A DNA stretch of 63,954 nucleotides, filler included, from Klebsormidium nitens (lineage: Eukaryota; Plantae; Klebsormidiophyceae), in NCBI GenBank assembly GCA_000708835.1. It is 5 parts of 5 records of this genome, joined end to end, with 100 filler letters (N's around TTAATTAATTAA, not from the genome) between each part and the next. Parts side by side here need not be neighbours in the genome. Positions count along the whole stretch, not along the records: positions 50,640 to 62,509 come from DF238112.1; positions 62,610 to 63,954 come from DF236951.1; 3 more parts are not named here. One strand, 5' to 3'. Positions 56,624 to 63,954 of the stretch are shown in pieces. Within the stretch, counting starts at the first letter, position 1; every line of letters starts with the position of its first letter. The position numbers and the translations under genes are program-made. The notes beneath the pieces were generated by a model. That model did no database searches. It was not told the origin of the DNA and saw only the letters and a list, made by a program, of their open reading frames with translations.

Positions 56624-57349
56624 ATGGCTTTCTGTGCCGAATGCTGGAAGCCCATCGGAGCCCAACCGACGGTGGCCTGCCGCCGGTGCGCCGTTTCTTT
56701 CCACCGCACGTGCCTGCGCCTGACAGACCCCCAGCTGACGTCACAGGAATGGTGGTGCGGGTCTGACGCCATCTGCCAGCGATCCCGCTTCGACCGCCAG
56801 AGCTGCGTCACTAATGAAGAGAACAGGGAAGCGCTGAAGAATCGGGGGGACTCCTCATTCCGCACTGACTGGGACAAGCTTCTTCCGTCCGGCAACTACG
56901 TGAACGGAACCTGGGCGAGTCGGCTCAAGCAGTGCATCGAGGCCGGCGGAGACTTCCGGTACGAGGTCGCACCGATTGTGGGCACACGGGGGCAGCTGTG
57001 CAAGAAGAAGCTTCCGGTGCCAGCTGAGTACCTCTCCTGCAAGTGGGACCCCCGGAAGGGCTACGTGGGCGACGAGAGTCTTACGCGCGCGCACCAGGAA
57101 ACGGTGGCGGAGCTGCGCGACTTTACGAAGATGCGGTCCCACCTGGCCTTTCTCGCGAAGCTCAAGTACAGAGTTCCGCTCGAGGAGCTGCGGGAGCTCG
57201 TGGACTGGATTAGCGGACTGAGCGGAATGGCGGGCGACCTGAAAGTGTATGACTCGACTGTGGGGGACGCCAACGGGATCGGGAAAGTGGTCTATGTGAG
57301 CCGCGGCCGCGACGTTCTGCGGGCCGCCACGGCAACGCGGGGTACGTAA
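56624..57349 (+). CDS. PHD-finger protein (C4HC3), possibly the first exon of a spliced gene
   Basis: CAEC...CRRC...FHRTC...WWCGSDAIC. The ORF end AC|GTAAGG could be a splice donor rather than a stop. Confidence 0.7.
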   Translation: MAFCAECWKPIGAQPTVACRRCAVSFHRTCLRLTDPQLTSQEWWCGSDAICQRSRFDRQSCVTNEENREALKNRGDSSFRTDWDKLLPSGNYVNGTWASRLKQCIEAGGDFRYEVAPIVGTRGQLCKKKLPVPAEYLSCKWDPRKGYVGDESLTRAHQETVAELRDFTKMRSHLAFLAKLKYRVPLEELRELVDWISGLSGMAGDLKVYDSTVGDANGIGKVVYVSRGRDVLRAATATRGT

Positions 57350-57400
57350 GGTTTCAGGTTTCAGGGTTTATAGTTTCAGGGCCTTAGGGTTTAGGGCGTT
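57350..57400 (+). repeat. Degenerate telomere-like (TTTAGGG) tract
   Basis: gtttcaggtttcagggtttatagtttcagggccttagggtttagggcgttt. Confidence 0.6.
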
Positions 57401-58265
57401 TGACTCTGGCAATGTTCGCTCGAACCAGCCGGCGCAGCTTGAAGTAGGATACGCGCCCGGGAGTCGAGTGGAGTTGCTTTGGTAGTTAGGGTGGGTTTGG
57501 GTGCAGAGCGCGTCATCATCTGGTCCATGGGTTTTAGTACAAGTGTCCGGGTGACTCGAATATTGGTTCAAGCGACGGTTAATTCAGGCGAACGTTGCCA
57601 AGTATAGGCGTTTGGGAACCTTTAGAACGATTCTGAAAATCCAACAAAGGGAATTTTGAAGAATGAATGGGCGAGGCTTTTAGGAGTGCTTCGGGCTTCA
57701 GAAGCATAACGACGCTTCCAAAATCAGGTGAAAACGCGCAGAGAGGGCCTAAAGTTTTGTGCGCTGAAGCAGCACGAGGATTTCGGGAGTTCAAAGGCGC
57801 CCATGATGCCTGCTAAAACATGGTTCTGGTTGCATCTTCAGCAAACTCATTTTGTTGGATGTTTTCAGGAAGAAGACAAGTAACATCTTCGTGCCAATCT
57901 CTGTTTTGAATTACGCAACAGGCTAAATCCATTCTGGCTTCTTACTCGATGGAGATTTTCTAGAAGGGATTGACTTGCCCGTTGATTCAGGGAGAAACGA
58001 GACAGTTTCGGACCTCAGGAACATGAAGGTAGCGGTTCCATGCAGTTTACTCACCCTAAAACGGCCAGCCAAATTGGAACAAACTTCTTCTTCCACAGTT
58101 GATGCTATCTATTCTGCCCCTAAAGATCGGAAGTGAGTCCTCGTTTTATGGAGCACAAAAGCTAGCTCCGTTTCTCGAAGGAACCTACTATTGATATGAC
58201 CACACCATCACTAAACGAACTTGATTCGCGGCGCCTGATTCCGGCGGTCCTTTCGACGTCTGCGA

Positions 58266-58607
58266 TTGCCTCGCTCCTTCGCAGTCGGTGCGGTACCACC
58301 GGTGGACGGGCATCAACGGAAGCGGATGACCACGGAAGCCGTAGATCCGTTCCCCGGAACCGATGTGCCCGGAACCGCCCACACCGGGGCGAGGAACGAC
58401 GACTTCCAAGCAAAGTACATCGCGATGCTGGAGGCGATCTTTGAGGACGGCCGGAAACGGAACGAGAACGAGCGGAAGAGGGTCAGAGTCTGCCTCGACC
58501 TCGCTCAAGACTGCCTCAGCAGGGGCGACTCAAAAGGGGCGCAGGCCTATGAGGCGAGGGTAAGCTGGGCCCAATTCCTGTGTGATCATTTGATTGAACA
58601 AGACTAG
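58266..58607 (+). CDS. Short GC-rich ORF or exon with a helical C-terminus, unknown function
   Basis: Coding-like composition (NDDFQAKYIAMLEAIFEDGRKRNENERKRVRVCLDLAQDCL) and a candidate acceptor ttcgcag at 58284. Confidence 0.4.
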   Translation: MPRSFAVGAVPPVDGHQRKRMTTEAVDPFPGTDVPGTAHTGARNDDFQAKYIAMLEAIFEDGRKRNENERKRVRVCLDLAQDCLSRGDSKGAQAYEARVSWAQFLCDHLIEQD

Positions 58608-60416
58608 TTAGGGTTTGCTGGATTCGGGTATGGTGACTGAATGTATTGGCTGACGTGGAATGCGAGCAAAGTACGGTTGCTGAAGGGGAAAGTTGGGTGA
58701 TTGATGATGCGTTCCTTCCGTGGACAAGGGAAACAATTACGGCTATTGACATTGGTGCTTCGAGGGCTTCGGTTGCTGCCGTAGACAGGGTGATGAGGGT
58801 CAGGTTTCAAAGAGCTATTTTCTGGCGTGAAAGGCTGAGCTCAGCTAGCTCTCCCTAACATTCATCAATTTTCTTCGATGGTAAATCTGGCTGATGAAAC
58901 GGGTTGGATTACTCCTCAGGTCAGGAATATCTGCTTCAGGGCCGGTAGATGCGGACAATCAGTTGATCAAAGATGATGTGTCGGTTCGGCGAGCATCACT
59001 ATGTATCCACGTGACATTGGAATCATATGGGCAACAGTTGAACTCGACGTAGGAAGACTTTTAACGTCGACGTCGATGATCAATTCCTTTTCAAAGCTTC
59101 CAACTTCAAGAACCGGTGTTGCAGCTGAAACGAGCACATTGATTATTCTTCTGACCAAAATACCGCTTGACATCGGTCCGCTCGCGTTGATGGAAATCCA
59201 CATGAGGCGCGTCCGTTGTCCAAAGTGGGCTCTACAAACTCCAAGCCGTCGTAAAATGAAGCGCCTACTGCCTCGGTAAATGGATTGATTGGATTATCAA
59301 AGATATTTCGTTTGCCTAACTACATGACTGCGCAAAGAAGGTCCCCTTTTTTGAGTGCAGGCCCAGAGCATCTCCACGCTAAGTCAACTCGCCGGGGTTG
59401 CTGGACCAGATATCCCGACCCCCCTTCCCGGGCTCTCACCTGGCGCGGCGAAGCCCGGCGATGAAAGCCCATAGGAAGCAAGCTTCAAACTCGCTCGATT
59501 CCGGGTCGGACAGCCCGCAATGTTCTACAGCATTTGTAGGACCATACCGTTCGATCGCACTTTAGTCTGGATGCGCCTGTATAACAAAACGAGCCGCTGT
59601 CGATCGTCCTGCTGTCAGATGCCTTCCAAGTACAAAAGATTGAAGGGGCCTAGCACAGAATGAGGAGCAATCCGGGTGTAGTGGAAGCACAAACGCATCC
59701 AAAAGAGTCAGTTGTACGGTTGATGTGGCGCGCGCATATGGCATGAAGAAGAGGGTACGATCTGGCCCGTAACAGCTCATACCAAGGTAGTGAACATTGG
59801 ACGTCTTTGGCTAGAATCGGCATTCCATTTCAATTCAAGCCGTGGCAATCGATGGTCTAGCCGGTAGCTAGGTTACGATTGCTGCCAACCTGCATGCATG
59901 CAGGTACCGTCAACAAAGAAAAAGTAACCTGATGAAATCACGTCTTAGCATTCGTGTCATGACCATGCAGCAAATCTAGGAAGTAATGGCTGGTATCCGG
60001 TATTCAATCCAAGGAGAACATTCTTGCATGCCCACATTCGTTAGGCAGTCCACCCTGACGCAACAAGTCTGCTTTTGAACTGCCAAAGAGAGTCGTTCTC
60101 GGCTCTGTCCATGGCTCTGATCGTGTTCACTAATTGTCGAAGGCTGGGCTACTCGGAACGGTGACCCAATCTCAAACTGGTTCTTCAAAGCTCTTTTCCG
60201 GAATGGAAGATGTGCCCGGTCGAACCCAGACATGTACTAAGCGCGCTAGCTAGGCCATTAATGCGTACTCTGAGATCAATATGTTCCACTGCCCGAACAT
60301 GCTTCGGCAGTATGTTGATCTCATGCTCTTAATCCCCAATGCATTTACCGTTGAATCTGGCTCATAGCTTTTGATGGAGTTCAGCTTTAGTCCTTAGTAT
60401 CAGACCCCATGGTCAC

Positions 60417-62509
60417 TTTGCGCCAATAGCAGCGCTTCGCTCCATCGCTTTTCGCACCTCCTCACACCGTCGCTCAACCCGTTCCCACACGCTACTCGAC
60501 GGCGCGCTAAAACCCCGCTCAAACCCCGCGGCCGCGCGCTCGAGCGACGCATCCAGGTTTCGCTTCACGGGTGGAGAAGCTGCGCCCACAACAGACCCCC
60601 GCGGGGGCGAGAAGTATGTCCGTGCAGTTTGGGGTGACGTGGCACTCCGGTCGGGAACCGTATACGCTCTGGCCGGGCGGTTAAGGTCGGGGGACGAGCC
60701 GTGTTTCCCGGACGGCGTCGCGTCCTGCCACGTGGCGGTCGCTCGAGTCCCCGGTTGCTGGAACAGCTTCCCAATCGAGCTGTCTAGGCTAGCCAACGCA
60801 GACTGAAAGTTGAAACTAGAAGAATGCCCGGCGCCATCCGAAAAAGACTTTGGAAACGGCGGTTCCCGGGGGGGCGAGGCCCAGCTTGAGTTCCCCCCTG
60901 ACAGGCCGGATTTGAAGGCGCTGTAGTCCGACGAGAAGCGCAGTCCCGCGTCAATTGGATCCGTGCGGAATGTGTCCGAGGTTTGGGGTTTTAGCTCCTC
61001 GTACGCGGTCGCGGGCGGAATGGAGCCGAGCGCGATGATTCGATCTTCCAGGTCAGCGATCCTTCGCTTGGCGCTGTTGTAATTGATCTCCTGTTGGCTC
61101 AGGGCGACCCTGAAAGCGAGGAAACGAGTGGGTCAGTCATTCTGCTAGAAATCTGCAATATTCATCGACGGCGGATGGGAAGAGCTACGCAGAAGCGCCG
61201 TGTGAATGTTTTGGCATCTGATTCGAGGTTCGCTTTCAGAGGACAGTGTCTTGAAATCAACATGGCTAGGCTTGCGCGTGGAGACACGTTAAGCCGCACC
61301 TCGTAGGAAACATGGTAATTGCCTACTGTTTAAGGACTGTGATCACATCCAGTGTTGGCCCTTTGACTCTCCGTCGCTTCCGAACCATTTTCAATGTACA
61401 CGCGTCGATTCAACCGGCAGAGCAGAACGGATAGCCTAGCAGAAAGATGCTCCGTACAACCGCTGTAACGCTCGCTATTCCAATCTATCTGTCATTCCCA
61501 ATCTACCTGTCCGAAAGCAGTCCGACTCTACCTCTGCGGGTGCCAGAAGCGAAACAAACCAGGGAACCGGTGATTCACCTGAGGCGCTGGTTTGCGCGCG
61601 CCGCGCTCTCCGCGGCTTCGGCCTTGTGGTGGTGCGCGGCCGCGAGCATCTTCTGCAGCTCCGCGATCTCGCCGCGCAGCGCGGGGACCACCTCCGTCTC
61701 GAGGCGCGCGCGCTCGCGCTCGGCCGCGCCCAGTGATGACGTCTTCTCCTGCAGAAACAAAGTTTGCAGAGAAGGTCAGTGACATTTCAGACAGTTTCGC
61801 TTTTGATCGAACCTGGCGCAGGGAACATGTCAGTCGCAGGTTAGTTGCTATACATGGGAACGCAGCTGTACATGATGGCGTTCGGAAATGGACTTGGGAA
61901 CAAAAGCTCTGGAACAGGTCGTCAATTGGGGTGATGTGCTTGCTCCTCGAGGATATTCTCCTCAGTCTGCAGAGTGGACGTGATGCCCTTTCACAAAGAC
62001 ACGTCGCTTCGACGCCTGAACAGAGGCTCTTCTGACTCTTCGATGCTTTTGCCAAGACCCAATCCGAAAGTCAACTTCCTGCTTATTCCAATCACCGCAC
62101 CTTCTTAAACCCCAAAGATTCTGACAATGACGCTATGCTTCGACGCCTGCACGAGGGGACGTTCGATCTAAATTGTCGCCACCAGTCGACTTTCTCAGAA
62201 AACGACTCCCTATGGACGCACTCTCTAACTCGCCAAAACTCCCTTAGCCCCTCAGGAGCCTCTCCTAAACTCCGCTCACCTGCAGTTCCCAAACCGCCGC
62301 TTCCGTCCGTTCCCTCCCCCCCTCCATTTGCCGCACCAATTGCTGCAGCTCCGTCACTTGGCGCTCCGCGGCCGCGCGGCCCGCGCCCTCCTCCTGCGCG
62401 CGCGCACGCGCGGCGGAGAGCGCGGTCTGCGCTGACTCGGCCGCCGCGCGCGCGCTCTCGAGCGCGGCCGCGCTGTGCGCCGCGTCCTCTTCGTGCCGCT
62501 GCCGACGGG
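60417..62509 (-). CDS. Coiled-coil protein, partial (5' end in a gap)
   Basis: Phase-consistent exons ~62328-62509, 61579-61748 and 60417-61109, with heptad-like segments (RAQEEGAGRAAAERQVTELQQL, EKTSSLGAAERERARLE..., AKRRIADLEDRI). One apparent frameshift in a GC run near 62400. A further exon may lie near 60060-60120. Confidence 0.6.
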
Positions 62510-62609
62510 NNNNNNNNNNNNNNNNNNNNNNNNNNNNNNNNNNNNNNNNNNNNTTAATTAATTAANNNNNNNNNNNNNNNNNNNNNNNNNNNNNNNNNNN
62601 NNNNNNNNN

Positions 62610-63954
62610 TATCTAACACAGAATTATCAACACTAGACAACAGTCCTGCACTGCCTAGCGTTCCTGAAAATCCTTCCTACCCTTCTTCTGCTTCTTCCCA
62701 TTATTGCTACCATTCTGAGACTCCTCAGTACAGTCTGCCGCAATATGGTCTGGCTTCCCGCAGTTGTGGCACAGGCGGTTCGCCATGTTGTGAGCATACT
62801 GCTCGTACATATGGGCAGCAGACAGCCGAGCCTTCGACGTCCTCCCGGGGCCACTTCCCGACGACTTACATTCGCCAGCCACCGACTTGGTGGACTGAGC
62901 AGGCTTACGCCTCATACGCTCTTCGATCATGGGCCACTGCAAAGTAGCATACTCCATAAGATCACGCAGAGCATGCCAACGAGTGCCGTTAGGAGATGTT
63001 CTGTAGAGCTCCTTCAAATCCACCTGGAGACCAGACCGATACTTCTCGATCTTGATCTGCTCATCGGTGATCTCAGCGGCAAGGTTAGTAGCAGCTTGCT
63101 CGAAAGCAACGTTATACTCATCCACACTTGGACCCCTGCTTGAGACCATTCCAGGTGTTCCAATAAGACAGAATGGGAGTCCTCAGACCATACCCACGAG
63201 TCATGGTGTCCCTGAAAAATTGACGAGCATTTGCAGGATACATACCCGGGTTCGCACGCTAATACACAGCATACTGGGAAGACCAATACGATCTTGGCTT
63301 CCCATTCAGATACGAGGCAGCCAAACGCAGATAATCTGGATTAGGCGCCCCTCGAAGATAATCTTCGATCTGGTCAAACCACTCCAGGATAGGAGGCTGA
63401 CTTGCCTTGTTCTCCCACTTGGAAGGAGGCGAAGCCTTAACCCCCATTGCAGCACCAGCCGCAGCAGCCTGAGCTGCAGCAGCAGCCGCAGCTTGCTGCT
63501 GAGCCTGCTGAGCAGCCTGATTAGCAGCGGCCACTTGGCCCTGCATAGCTGTCAGATCCTGATGGTTACGGTTATCACGCTTCAACAGAACCGCGATCTT
63601 AACCGCATCACTACCCTGCTGCAGAGCCTGAGTCTCAGCAGCAATACGTGCAGGATCATTCTGCAGACCATTATAGTACTGGTCAAACTGTGCCACTGTC
63701 ATCCCCACCATGTTAGGAATGTTAGCAGCCATGGCTGAAGACTCCCCTGAGTCAACAGACAACTCTCTAATCGCCTGACAGAGAGGGGTAACCCAGACAG
63801 ACTGAGAGCTAGACCCAGCAACCTAACTATAGGAAGGGGGCACGTCACTCTCAGAAGGAAGATCAGGAATAGACTCCCAATCCTCAGAAATAGGCTCCTC
63901 TTCGCCAGAAACCTTCTCCTTCCCCTTGCGTGAGGGTTCGAAGATTGCAGCCTC
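62610..63954 (-). mobile_element. Ty3/gypsy LTR retrotransposon: degenerate gag with CCHC knuckle and the start of a -1 frame; pol lost in the gap
   Basis: ORFs 63259-63762 and 62655-63149: LEWFDQIEDYL...AASYLNGKPRSYW, SVDEYNVAF, KYRSGL, CHNCGKPDHIAADC. One premature TAG and one frameshift. Confidence 0.85.

Noticed and set aside
58860-59900. Coding potential between the short ORF and the coiled-coil gene
   Set aside because: All frames are interrupted and no family motif was recognised.
1-63954. tRNA, rRNA or prokaryotic operon or defence system
   Set aside because: No cloverleaf, rRNA-like segment, Shine-Dalgarno-linked operon or cas-like gene was seen; the genes are spliceosomal.

Overview
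Eukaryotic, intron-rich and repeat-rich scaffold window with several N gaps, four of which carry a TTAATTAATTAA assembly spacer. Gene content and GT-AG introns fit a green-lineage genome, plausibly a streptophyte alga such as Klebsormidium (inference only). Main contents: (1) a 17-exon AHK1-like hybrid histidine kinase on the minus strand (13347-29840, 1222 aa by my hand-built model); (2) a multi-exon PD-(D/E)xK-like plus FunK1/Crinkler-type kinase gene; (3) an intron-containing DDE transposase with a DxxH motif, a premature stop and a Pro/Gly 17-aa repeat tract; (4) an HMG-box gene, a 4-exon Cys-rich secreted and probably GPI-anchored protein, an exon-poor cluster (DUF3669-like, Sel1-repeat, PHD) and a coiled-coil gene; (5) Ty1/copia and Ty3/gypsy relics plus several MITE-like or foldback elements. 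The most striking observation is in the kinase introns. At least seven splice junctions are copied into the adjacent intron as single or tandem 'echoes' (exon edge plus splice site plus intron edge). Several echoes differ from the real exon almost only at synonymous positions (hand counts: 10 S / 1 N and 6 S / 0 N), which neutral decay of an intronic copy does not predict. All alignments, exon phases and counts were done by eye; no database searches were run.
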